A stretch of 55,976 nt of DNA, the filler included, from Basidioascus undulatus (taxonomy: Eukaryota), in NCBI GenBank assembly GCA_000826855.1. It is 4 parts of 4 records of this genome, joined end to end, with 100 filler letters (N's around TTAATTAATTAA, not from the genome) between each part and the next. Parts side by side here need not be neighbours in the genome. Positions count along the whole stretch, not along the records: positions 14,042 to 27,976 come from JTLS01000771.1; positions 28,077 to 41,984 come from JTLS01000772.1; 2 more parts are not named here. One strand, 5' to 3'. The notes below the pieces were generated by a model. It saw only the letters and a list, made by a program, of their open reading frames with translations, made no database searches and was not told the DNA's origin. Of the stretch, positions 21,147 to 36,075 are shown in pieces (the stretch's first letter is position 1; each line of letters begins with the position of its first letter). A program made the position numbers and the translations under genes.

Positions 21147-22269
21147 TGGTAATTCGGAGTGGACCTGCTCAGCCGATCCACTTTCAAAGAACTTTCAGGA
21201 TCGCAAATAGCTTACCACCAGGCATCTGACTGGTCGTTTCGGGCCGATGCGACAACGGGGAGATCAGCCTGATAGCCGCGATCTGCTCGCCCAGATCTCG
21301 GGGAAGATCTCGGCCAAGTGGGCGCTCTCCTCATAGGAGTCGAGAGGAGCGACTGGATCGAAGCGTTTGGAGCGGATGCCTCGAGCCTGCGTGTTCAGGG
21401 GTTATCGCAAACGATCAGGATCAAGCTGCTTGGGTATAAACCTGGGAGTTTACTCACATAAAAATCCGATGACAGACTCGTGCGAGGCACAAAGAACGTG
21501 CGCGCACCGCAGAGGAGGAGGAACAGGGGCGGCTGGTTGGATGCCATTGTGAGAGCTGCGGAGATGATGGTACAGGTGGACATCTGGTTTTAACCCTATT
21601 TGACTAGTAATCCGGAGCGAGGGGGGTGGTGGCGATGGGGAAATGAAGTGTCCGGCGTCACGTTCGCCACCGGGGCGCGAGCTCGAGCTCACACTCTTTG
21701 CTCGTCCTCGGTAACTTTTGAAGGGGATGCCCTGCCCCGTTGACTGGCAGTGTTCGAACTATTTGGACTCATAACCAGCTCAGCCTTTAAGTCACTGCTC
21801 TAATGGGTTGCGGGGAGGGGCTAACCAAAGAGTCTTCCGGCAACTGAGATACGGAACTTCGAAAATGCAGACGCTCAGAACTTCTCAAGGCCGTCTACCT
21901 TCGATATGACTGGGCTACCTGGAAGATCTCCCTGGGTTTCAATTGGCCCGACTGGCACATTACGAATACGCGCGAATGTTGTTCAAGTCAAGAGTTAGAG
22001 GGCGGGCCTCACAGCTCGCAGCTGCCTTGTATCGAACTCGGTCCAAACACGTTTGCAGCTTTGAGCGCTAAGGGTCGAGAAGTTTTCTACAACAATTGGG
22101 TATGCTTAAACACTCTAAAACATAGATATGTTGACAGCGTCTATTGGATCAAGCACCGTGGCTGAAGAATCTCGAGACGATCGCTGGTACGGCTGTCGAA
22201 GGCGTCGGCCTGACCTTGAAGACGCTGAGGGGGTGTGGTGTGTTCCTTGGAAATAATGTGCCTCCATAA

Positions 22270-22760
22270 AATTACAACCACCCCGGTGCACAAGTACCAT
22301 TCTGCTGGTCCACCAAAGTTACTTACAACAGCTGCAGGGCATGACTGCGGTTCTGGCACAGAGCAGACATCTGTGCCCACGCCATTTCCCAAATGAGATG
22401 GAGTCCAAAGTTGAAGACTTAATCTGTGAATATATATAAATCCATTGGAGTTTCTCATACCTACGAGCTGTTCAGGCCTGCAGCCAAGGCGTGTAGGGCG
22501 ATGCATTCCAGGCTCGAGCAGTCTGATTGGAGCGACTCAACTGGACCCACAAAGATTCCCTTTACATGATACACCTGTTTTGTTCTTGCACAAAGGAGCA
22601 GGAAACCAACATTTCTCCCATCACATGCGTTGGTGGCGACAAACTCCACAGTGTGCCACCGAAAACGATTGCTTGGATTGCCCCCTGACGCCAGACTTGC
22701 CAGTGGGCATCCTCCAGAGTATGCGTGCAGGCAAAACCATACACTTTATTTCAAACTCGC
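22270..22760 (-). pseudogene. Degenerate MYND-type zinc-finger gene relic
   Basis: GHRCLLCARTAVMPCSCC(K) followed by a GTAAGT/GTAACT-like donor and WYLC. The upstream frame contains in-frame stops. Confidence 0.45.
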
Positions 22761-23182
22761 ATGTGAATTTCTCAGAATACTAGACTACGCATTCGTGGAG
22801 CGTGTTCTCTGTCTGCAGGCCAGGACTCCCTTTACCCGATTCCCCACCCACGCTGTGCCGAGCAGTTAGCAGCCTGAAACAAATGCAGAAAGCTTGTGAC
22901 ATCTTTGTATTCCTGAAGCAAAATCATTGATCTAGTTACAGAATTTTGCGTCGCTGAGACTGTTGCGAGTCACACTTTCGACGACCAGACAAGGCGCCCG
23001 AGGTTCCAACTACTACCCCACCCAACCAGATCTCTCAACATGCCTAGAAGCGCAACGTACTGGCACGATGGGGCACTCCACGAATATTCTCATTTGATTG
23101 CATGCCCTCGGGATGCTCCCTTTTCCCTATGCGCTGATCCTCAAGGTATATGGTGTACCGCCCATCCTACACTATCCACCAT

Positions 23183-25775
23183 CTACTCGCCTGGCACCTT
23201 CTGCACCGGCGTTCCCAATAACCCATCAAGCAGCACGACATGCTGCGGCCCGAGCTCGGCGAGGCTCTTCACTCCAAGAAGCCTCAGACCGGTCTGAATC
23301 TCCTCCTCCATGACTGTCGTGTCGCGCCGCGCCGCGCACCAAACCCCATCAACGCAATGCCCTCTCGTCCAGAAGCACCCGGAAAACAGACTTACTGCTA
23401 ACGACCCTCTTCACCCCCGCCTCGCCATAGCAGCTCTGGGCGTACAAGAACGGCCTGCCGAGCCCGACGCCCTTCGCCCCCAGCGCGAGGGCTTTGAGGA
23501 CGTCCGCGCCCCTTCGGACGCCTCCATCGACGTACACCTCGAACCGGCCCCCGTGCCCGTCCTGCCGGAGGAGCTCGGGATGCTTGCACCGGATCTCGAG
23601 GAGCGTTGCGAGCGGTGGCGGAGCACCATCGAGCTGCCTTCCGCCGTGGCTGTTCCGGCAGTCCAGAAGGTCAATTTCAAGGGGTAAATAGAGGGCAAAG
23701 TGGATAGGAACGAGGGAATGGTCAGGAGCGAGGAAAGAGCACGGGGGGAAGGGAGAAGGAAGGGGAGAAAGGGAGATTGGCATGGGGAAGGAGCGCGAAT
23801 GACGCACTTGGACAGAATCACACCCGCGCAGCCGTGCGCTTTCGCAAGCGCCGCATCTTCGGCAGTGGCTGTCCAGCAATGTGCATACGATCTCTTGAGT
23901 GAGTTCTGAGATAGAGGGGGGAGGGGAGAGGAGGAGGGCACCGACACCCTTGAGCATGATCGGCACGCCGGGCGCGACGGACTTGAGCCACGAAATGTCC
24001 TCCCAGTTCAGGTCGGCGTCGTATGGGACGGACCACACCGCCGCGTCGCCCTGCGCGCCGAGTGCAGCTTTTGATCGGCGGTCCGCCTCGCGCTTGCCCC
24101 TGTACTCCCTCAGCGTGATCAGCTTTCATCGAATAGAGAGAGATGCGACACGAATGAAACGCACAAGACAGGCAGGTCGACAGTGAGGAGGATCGCCTTT
24201 GCTCCGCCACTGTCGTTGCGGGCGCGTCAGTCAAGGATTCCACTTTGATATATATAAAGAAACAACCCACGCGACAGCCTGCTTCACGACCTCCTCCGTC
24301 CGCTTATGGTCCCGATCCACATAAAGCTGGAACCACCTATCCGCTCCCCATCCCTTCCTCCGATCAATCATCCCTCCTCGTCTCGCTGAGACCCAAAGCA
24401 CACGCACAGCGCAGCCTCCTTCCCGGACTCCTCCTTCACGCGATCCCGCTCGTCGAGGATCTCGTTGAGGCCAAGCGAGGCAGACGATGAGATGCCCTGC
24501 ACGATGCCCGTTGCAGCCGCCCCGCGTGTGAGCGTCCGCTCGCCGAGCGGGTGGCCGGCGCCAGCCTGCAGGTAGTGCGAGAGCTGGTGTTCAGCAAGCC
24601 CAAGGAGGAGGGGAGCGGGAAGGAGCGCGGAGACGCACACGTGCCGCCGGGGCGATAAAGATCGGCAGAGGGGAGGGGTGGCCGAGGAAAGTCGTGCTGG
24701 GATCGACCTCCGCGACGCGCTTCAACACCCTTGGGCGGAACCGCACCAAGTCCCAGCTCTCCCTGTTCGCCTTGAACGCTGCCACCCACCCTCTCATCAG
24801 TCTCCCCTCTCCTCATGCACCCAACTCACCACTCACCCTTCCCATCATCCGCCCACGAGTAGTAAAACCCCCAAGCCGAGCTCTTCTCGCCCAGCACCTC
24901 CCGCGCGAGCCCCTCGAACTCGTCCAGGTTCACGACCGCCCCCAGGGGCGGGAGCGCCTCCCGCCGCGCCTGGACGGCCGCGAGCGCGTCTGCGTCGAGT
25001 GGGAGAGATTGCGCGAGGAGGTACGCGTCGGTTGGGTCGATGCGCCCCTTTAGGGCAGTGGGGGGCAGGTTGGAGGGGAGCGTGCCCGACGGGTGAATGG
25101 GCAGGAAGGCGCTGGTCGCGTCCCGCGCGGCGAGGGAGAGGATCGCTTGGGAACCGCCCGGCTGCGGGAGGGGCGTGGGAGTTAAGAGGACGCGGGACGC
25201 TGGAACGGAGGAAAGAGATGTACGTGGGTGGGGACTATGGACGTCACGCTGCGAGATGTTTCAAGTGTGAGTATCGCAATCTAGCCTGTTTAGCAGAAGC
25301 ACAGTCACGCACTCCCAGACTTCATCATCCACCACGACCCAGACGCTCTCCGGCCCCGCATGCTGTGCGCTCCCTCTTCGCTCAGCTCCCACCCTCACTC
25401 ACACCTGACTCCCATCCCACCCCGCTTTTTTACACACCTTGAGCACCTCCCTTGCGCTAATCAACTGCAGCTCGTCCTTCTCCTTCCGCACAGGCGCGGC
25501 ATCCAGCTCGAGCGGCGTGTGCGAGAACGCGAGCGTCGCGGCGATCTGTCCCCCTCCCCGGCCCACGTTTCTCAGTCCCACTTTCGGCCTTTCTGTTCGG
25601 TATGGGAACAAATACGCACAGTGCCTCCAACAGCAGCAGCCCCCCAAAGAAACCTCCTCCCCAGCCGGGCCGTCGCGTCCCCTGCCCCTGCGCCGATCCC
25701 AAAAGCGCGCTGATGCAGCCGCGGAGACCGTGCACCTCGAGCGACAAACGAGCGGGTGGTTCGAGCGAGCATCAT
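23183..25775 (-). CDS. CYB2: Mitochondrial flavocytochrome b2 (cytochrome b5 + FMN 2-hydroxyacid dehydrogenase; L-lactate/L-mandelate dehydrogenase family)
   Basis: Presequence and transmembrane helix, b5 domain ([23 protein letters not shown]), [78 protein letters not shown]. Confidence 0.93.
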
Positions 25776-26635
25776 GAGTTGTGATATCGTTGAAATCAAG
25801 AGAAGGGGGTATCGGGATGAGGAGGATGGGATTGGGTCGGGTCGCACAAGGCACGCGAGGAAGATACCCCGAGCACGCTACTAGTAGCGGTTAGAGGCGG
25901 GCCGACGCCGGTGCCGGGGCGGGCGCCCGGAGGGACGGATCATGAGGCGAATCATGAGGGTTCAGGGGGGTTGATGGAGTGGAGGAGACGATAGAAGGCA
26001 AGGAAAGGAAGAGGTTGCGATTTTGTTTAGAGAGCTGCGACGAGAAACGAAGGGGGAGAAGGCAAAGAAGGGGAAGAGGGCGATAAGATTAAACTACAAG
26101 CGGAGATCATTTTTTGTTCCTGAATGCATACAAAAGCTCCCATCCTGTGCAGGCGCAGTACTGAAGGTATTCTTCACGCCGAACACACTGTAATTCTGTT
26201 CCCTCCATTTGCGTCCCCTACAAGTCTCCCCTCCCTTTCCCCTGCTCGCTCGTGCGCCCACTCACTGCCCGGCCTGCCTCGTCCCGCTCGAGCTGCGCCA
26301 GGCGGCTTTGATGCATGAATGCGACATGGACTATGATCGGCAGATGTGGGAGACTAAGAGATAAGGTATGCGAAGAGGTGGGATGCGGCGAGGTACAGTG
26401 CAAAGGAGGCGGTGCGAGGAGGGACGATGCGCGGAGAGAGAATGGGAGGGGGCGGAGAGAGTAGGTGAGAAGATGAGGTGCTTCGTGGAGGCGGCCGATA
26501 ACGGAGCGGGGTAAAAAGAAGGGCGTGCTGGTTGTAAAGATGGACCGTGGCCTGGGGCGGACAGCACCGCAGATGGTGTGCATGCAGAGGGGCGCCCCAC
26601 CGTCGATCCTGGAGTGAGATAAGTGATCTATGCAT

Positions 26636-27486
26636 CTACCCTCCCCCCGCCTGGCCCTGCTCCAGCTTCTCCCTCTCTCTCTTCCTCTTCTGCATCCCCA
26701 CGCACCCGTACCCACAAAGCGTCAGCCTTCCGCCTCTCGCCGCTCTCCTCTCTGCCCTCAAACGCACCTTGATCTTCCTCTCCATCTCCAAGAACGCGCG
26801 CATGCTCGGATCAAGCTCGCGCACGAGCCGGTCCGCCTCCTTCTCCGCGCGCGCCTCCGCGTCTTCAGGCGCGCCGGTGTCCTCCACCAGGTCCGCTGGC
26901 CACTCGCCCATCGGCACGCCTGCACGGGAGAGCGCGGCGCGGGTTTGGGGAAGCGAGGAGAGGTAGGATTGGAGAGAGGCGGCGTAGAGGTCGTATGTGC
27001 AGTGGACGCAGCCGGACATGCAGCATTCTGGCTTGCCCTCCCTGAACATTAGCGTGTCCTCCATTGGAGTGGCGGGGAGATGGGAGACGCACCGTCCGGT
27101 GCAGGCGGATCTGGTTTGATGGGTATCTCCACCCCTCCCAGGACAGTTGGTTTCCTCCTCTGACTCGCAATGAAGCCCTGCGCGGGCTCCCCGGCCGCCG
27201 TGCCCTCCCCCTTCCCCGTCTCAGCCGGCAGCCCCCCGCTCTCGCGCCCCTCGCGCGCCTCCTGCGCGCTCGGGATGCTTTGAAAGCTCGTGGCTGCTGG
27301 CTCCGTTGCAATTGTGGTATTGGAGGATGAGTGTTCTGACTGGTCTTGCGGGGGAGGGGGCCGGACGCCGTGCGAGTAGAGGAGGAGGAGGTCGCGCCCT
27401 GTGCGTGGGCGCGGGGGGCGAGTGTGGATGGTCCGGAGGAGGTGGGAGGTGGGTATGGGGAGCGGCAGGAAGGTGCGTTGGATCAT
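26636..27486 (-). CDS. Oxidoreductase-like domain protein (OXLD1 / Oxidored-like family), probably mitochondrial
   Basis: GVEIPIKPDPPAPD/ECCMSGCVHCTYDLY...EWP...LDPSMRAFLEMERKIK, with an N-terminal presequence-like segment. Confidence 0.88.
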
Positions 27487-27749
27487 GGTATTGACATTGA
27501 GAGGATTTGGATAGCGAGAGCAGGCGAGGGTGATGGTCTGAGGTTGAGGTTGAGGTTGAGGAGAGATGGAGAGTGGCGCAGGAGAGAAGACACGGACGGG
27601 AAACTCGTAAGCTCAGCTACGTCATAGCCGGACGAGCGTGGGAATCTGCTCTCACAGAGGCTTGCTTGAGATGCTGTGTTGCTTGCAACCGCAGTCAGCT
27701 TGGCTCTTATCCTTCGACCATCAACATCCCAGTCAACGCATCTGCCAGC

Positions 27750-27976
27750 ATGGATCTACCCCCGTAGGTCCCCCCAGTTGCCCCTCCCAAACCTCCCGCT
27801 AAAAGTGACCAAACCGCAGAGACTACGCCCTCGTCGCAGCCTACTATGCTCCCGCCCCAGGCGGCTTCGTGAACTCCACGTCTGCCGCGGGCGGGCCCAC
27901 GGGCGATGCGTGGGTGGACGACCGTTCCGCACACGCAAAAGAAGCGTTCATGTCCGTCTCATTCCCCCCCCCCCCC
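27750..27976 (+). CDS. 5' end of an unidentified spliced gene, truncated at the contig end
   Basis: ATG GAT CTA CCC CC|GTAGGT...CCGCAG|A GAC TAC GCC gives MDLPPDYALVAAYYAPAPGGFVNSTSAAGGPTGDAWVDD with GC3-rich codons. It is divergent from the OXLD1-like gene. Confidence 0.45.
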
Positions 27977-28076
27977 NNNNNNNNNNNNNNNNNNNNNNNN
28001 NNNNNNNNNNNNNNNNNNNNTTAATTAATTAANNNNNNNNNNNNNNNNNNNNNNNNNNNNNNNNNNNNNNNNNNNN
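27977..28076. other. Artificial contig linker N44-TTAATTAATTAA-N44
   Basis: Same 100-bp spacer. Confidence 0.99.
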
Positions 28077-31000
28077 TGATCCTGACGTCACTTCGCACCT
28101 GCCGAGGGCCAGCTAATCATTTACATCCGCCCCGCTCGCAGTGCAAAGTATTGAACACTTCACCTCCTCGGCTCTCCTCCTGAACATGGGACGGCCTGCA
28201 TCGCGCCTCTCAGGATCAAGCAACACAACACGGAACCTCGAGTCGGGCGCATGCGATACCCGCGGCGCTGCGATCTTGGCTGACCTGCGAGGAAAGACCG
28301 CACTTTAAAGACGGCCAATCTCTGCCTCCGCACGGAGTGGAGCTCCCCTCAGGCCGGTTCGTGAGTGGCTGTGCGAGCTGGGTGAGATGGTGAGCGAGCA
28401 CAAGGGAGCAAGCGCCGAATGTTCCAGAAAGACACTCTACCAGAATGGGCAAGTAGCAGGGCCGCTCGAGATACGTGTCCGGTTTGGGTGACTTGAACGG
28501 CACGCCCACCCGCTGGGACGCAGCCTGTTTTTGCTTTGCAAGTGTAATTTACTGTAGAGGTGTACTGTGACTGTACTATAGGCTCTGTGTCACACTCAGA
28601 CGAGCAAACACTCAATGGTGCGCGCTGTCCGCGCAGCTGTGGAAAGATCGAGGAGCTCCACCGATGGTCGCAGGCTGCAGCCAGTCGAAGGCCAGAACCA
28701 CGCGGCACCCCCCGGGGGCACCTGCAGCGGGCCTTGGTCGACTTCCACCGCTGCAAGGACTCTCCGCGGAAACAGGATGGAGGTCAACTTTCGTTGCTCG
28801 ACCGCATAGCAAGCGCAAGCAAGTATTCATTGAGACAGCGCCGCCTTTGTGACCTCCAGATTCCAGAGGCGCAAATTCAAGAAAGGCGTACCAGTGTCTA
28901 TAAGGAAGGGACTGCGTGATCACGTAGGAGAACCGGGATATTCATGAAAAGAGGCTCTGCTGCTCGGACGAAGCGTGTCGAGAGGCTCTCAGGTCATCCC
29001 TGGCCGCCATTCCAATTGGGCTTCAACTGGATGCGGAATTATGTACTCAGAGGACAGGTACCCCTGTATCTCATCCATACGCACATTCTAGAGAGCGAGC
29101 CCAAGTGTGCAGTAAGCAACTTGAAACTGGTGGCCCCAGCCCGAGGGAGAACTCACACTGCAGTGTGCCTAGTGCTGAAGTACGCTGCACCATGCTCTAC
29201 TCCGCAGCAGACCTGGATCGCGCAATGAATTGCGTCTTTCTCAAAGAAGGGCTCATACGGATCCGGAGTGTGTTCGATGGTGGGGAGAGGGAGCATGAAA
29301 ACTGGCTGGCGATAAACTGAAGGCTGCAGTGGAACGAGGCTGTCCCTAACAGGAATCTCCTTACTTTTATCGATGTTCAGCAGATTATAAAAATATCGAT
29401 AGACTTGTCGTCATTATTAGAAGGGAATCCGTGCGCCTACAGGGCCTTGTGGGTTAGATCAGGCTGATGGCTCGCCGTCGCGAGGGCCCGCTCGCAAGTC
29501 GCTCCGAGTCTTGAGCCTCAATCGTTTGTCTGCTGCCCCTATGTCTAGTCTTGGACTTTCGCCATGCAATTCCAATAGCAAAAGCAGCGATCTGTCTGGG
29601 GTTAAAGAACCCGCCCGAATCCAGCGCGGCCGGCCTGCACACGTAGCGCCAGCCTGCCACTTCACAAGCGCCTGGTCAGGACAAGCTCTGATTCCTCAAA
29701 AAAATTACCAACTATTCAGGTATTCCCTCCTATCCTGCACCGCAGTGCATTTCTGTACAGGACTGAATTCAGTAACATAGCGTTCGGCAGGGTGAGATCT
29801 GAGATGGCAAAGGTAGACCTGAGCTGCCGAACGCTGTCAAGTCACACATATAGAGCAGTTGAAATTTTGTGCAAGTAGTTACCTCCACAAGAATTCAGCT
29901 TCCATCGGGTACCCGCTTAACCAAGCGCATTTTTCGCTCCACTCCCATCAGTCGATCCCGAGCTCCTGGACTGTCCCCTCCTGGTGCGAGCATCGAAGTG
30001 GATTGCTGTAGTAGGACGAATTCTCTATCAGTGCCGGGAAATATTTGTTGAATAGGAAAAGGGAAAAGGCGAAAGGTGCATGCCACAGTGCGGTATGAAG
30101 TCGAGGCAATATGGCGTCTCCCCTCTGCTCTTTTCCGTTGACTGCGGATTGAACGGTCGTCGCTAATGGCAAGATTGAGAGGCTCGACTTGGTTGATGAT
30201 TTTCTGAAGGTCTTGAATTAATGTCCTATAGTCAAAGCCCAGTTCACACCAGGGACATGCCTTATCCGAAGTGTACGCGCGAGGCCGGATTTCCGATGAA
30301 GCGGCGCAGGCACCACAAGGCACCGGCTTCTCGACGATGAGCCTCAGAACAAGAGGAAGCTTTGGAGCGGGGACTATGAGTGAGACTGATGCTGCTGCGA
30401 TGAATGTTTGACATTTGTAACTGAAAGTCATTGAGCAAGTACTGGCGGTAGCTTGGAGGCGACGGCGCAAACGGATTGTCGTGCACCCCGGCGGGCTACA
30501 ATGCACCAAGACGAGCTTCTGCTCACGCTACCTGCCTGCTGCGTAGTGTGTCCTCGTCTTGATACTGTATGTACTAAGAAAAATTGGGGAAAAACAGCGG
30601 TTGAAACTTTGCACCTTGAGCATTGTGCTGTAGTTGAAACGGCCTCTGCTGTCAACAGTGACCCCTCAAACTATTTATGAAAGTTGATGCTGTCCGTTCG
30701 CCTTGTACCTTGCCCTCTTGCCGCGAGTCAGATCCACGCGACCTCGCCTCCTTCGTCTCAAGCGCGGCAAAAATATGGCACTGCCAGGTTGGAGCACGTA
30801 CTGCACTGTGAGCCCGTTCATATGGCTTTCCAACACTGCGGCCCGGACCTCTGTGAACGCTGACTGGCTTCAAACCCGCTCTGGACGCCTTGAAGCTCTC
30901 TGGCAGTCAGGAAGAAGCCTGCAAATTTAGCGAGTCCTCTGCAAGCACATCACGCGCCCCCACTCGCTATGTTGACAATATGAATCCAGGTATACCGCAT

Positions 31001-31116
31001 CTTCACGCAGGACCTCTAGGTGGACGCCGACGGAGACGACCAAGCGGCGCCTTGGCCGCACCAGGCCATGCTGAAAGCGCTTTGCGCCTCTCGAAAGGAG
31101 GAATCGCGGGCTGCGA

Positions 31117-32204
31117 TGGACCTTGTGCTCGTTGATCGGCGAGGACGGTGGAAACCTGCTGGACTTCTGCAAAGACCCGGGTGAGACCCTGCACGCGCTT
31201 CACACCCCTTTCCCCTGGAACTGAAATTGCTTTGAACGTCGGAGCTGTGTAGAAGTTCTCGACACTGTAGACCGCGCAACAATCCGTGCCGTGTACGATA
31301 TCGAGCGCAACCCGGGAGCGCACATCTACGGCGGCTACTGCTCCCGCGTCGAGCCCCATAGCTACGCAGTCGGACCGAGGGCGCGCTCATCGCCCAGCTC
31401 ACATCGTACCGCATCCTGCTCGGCGCGGCGCCGCGCGTCACCCCGCGCGTGCTAACCCTCACGGGTCCGCACACATCGACGTCCGACTGATCCGGCACAC
31501 GTAGGAGCAGTTTGTCTGCCCACCCGGCGTGACGGACGTCGAGGGCGGCGGGGCACCAGGGGAGATAAATCGATTGTGGAGGGACCTTTTGTTGAAGAGC
31601 CACGAGGGTGCGACGAAAGAGGAGATTTGGGAGGAGGCGTGGATGGGGAAGGGGAATCTGTGGGTATTCAGGCGACCTGACCGGCACGTTCACCACTGCA
31701 CCTCTTCAGATCGATCATTCTGAACCGCTTCTCGGACCGCACAGCTTCCCAGTCGCCTCAGCCTTCGCCTCGCCTCTTACCCTCTCGACCCTTCCCGTAC
31801 GGGCGAATAACATCTCTAATTGCCCCACACTCTCCAAGCTCCCTCCGGAGATGGTCGTCCTGATCGCTTCCCACCTTCCCCTTTCGTCGATCCTCTCCCT
31901 CCTCTGCACCAGCACCTATCTCCGCGCTGCCCTCCTCCCGTCCCTCCCACTCCTCGCAGAAGCAAGCATCGACTCCTTCGAGCCGTGGCTGCTCCCGCAC
32001 GCGGTCGAGGGGAAGTACGGCCGGGGGGAGGTCGAGTGGTGGGAGGAACAGGTGAAGATCGACGCGCGGGCTGGGAATAGAGAGGAGTTCCCGTGGCTGG
32101 CGTATGCGAGGGCGTGCAGCAGGAGCCCGTCGATGCGCAATTGGGAGAGGATCTGGGGGATCGCGAAGCAGATTAAGCGGGAGGCGGAGGAAAAGGGTTC
32201 ATGA
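31117..32204 (+). pseudogene. F-box protein (C-terminal F-box plus SMRNxxRIW family), apparently disabled
   Basis: WVFRRPDR/FP, F-box LSKLPPEMVVLIASHLPLSSILSLLCTSTYLR, EPWLLP, FPWLAYARAC..SPSMRNWERIWGIAKQI. There is an in-frame TAG at 31502-31504 and frameshifts upstream; the 5' limit is approximate. Confidence 0.72.
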
Positions 32205-32507
32205 GCGATGCCATGGATTTGATGGATGCCGGCAGTTTTGTGCGTGCTTGCGCTTGTTAACACTCATGCGGCCTGTACATGTAAACGCCGCAAGAAAGAC
32301 CTCGACATCCCTCAACTTCCTTCCGCCATGTCATCGAACGGGTCGTCTTGCAAAGCATCCATGTTCTGAGCAGCTCGCAGTCTACGTCTCTAAAGAAATG
32401 CAGAAACAGTACGTAATGGCATGCGCAGTAGCCCACAACTAACAACACCTCTCTATCTCCCCACGTGGAACCCCCCGGGCCCTCCCCCTCCCTCACAGCG
32501 CCGCCTC

Positions 32508-36075
<3,568 letters not shown>

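Noticed and set aside
27539..27562. (TGAGGT)4 as a telomeric repeat
   Set aside because: It is only about four units, internal, lies in the 5' region of the OXLD1-like gene and is not TTAGGG.
20997..31504. TAG read as Gln (alternative code or readthrough), since several relics have TAG at likely Gln positions
   Set aside because: Intact genes here (seipin, MRPL37, CYB2, SNG1-like) end in TAG, and the same relics also carry frameshifts. CAG-to-TAG transition is the simpler explanation.
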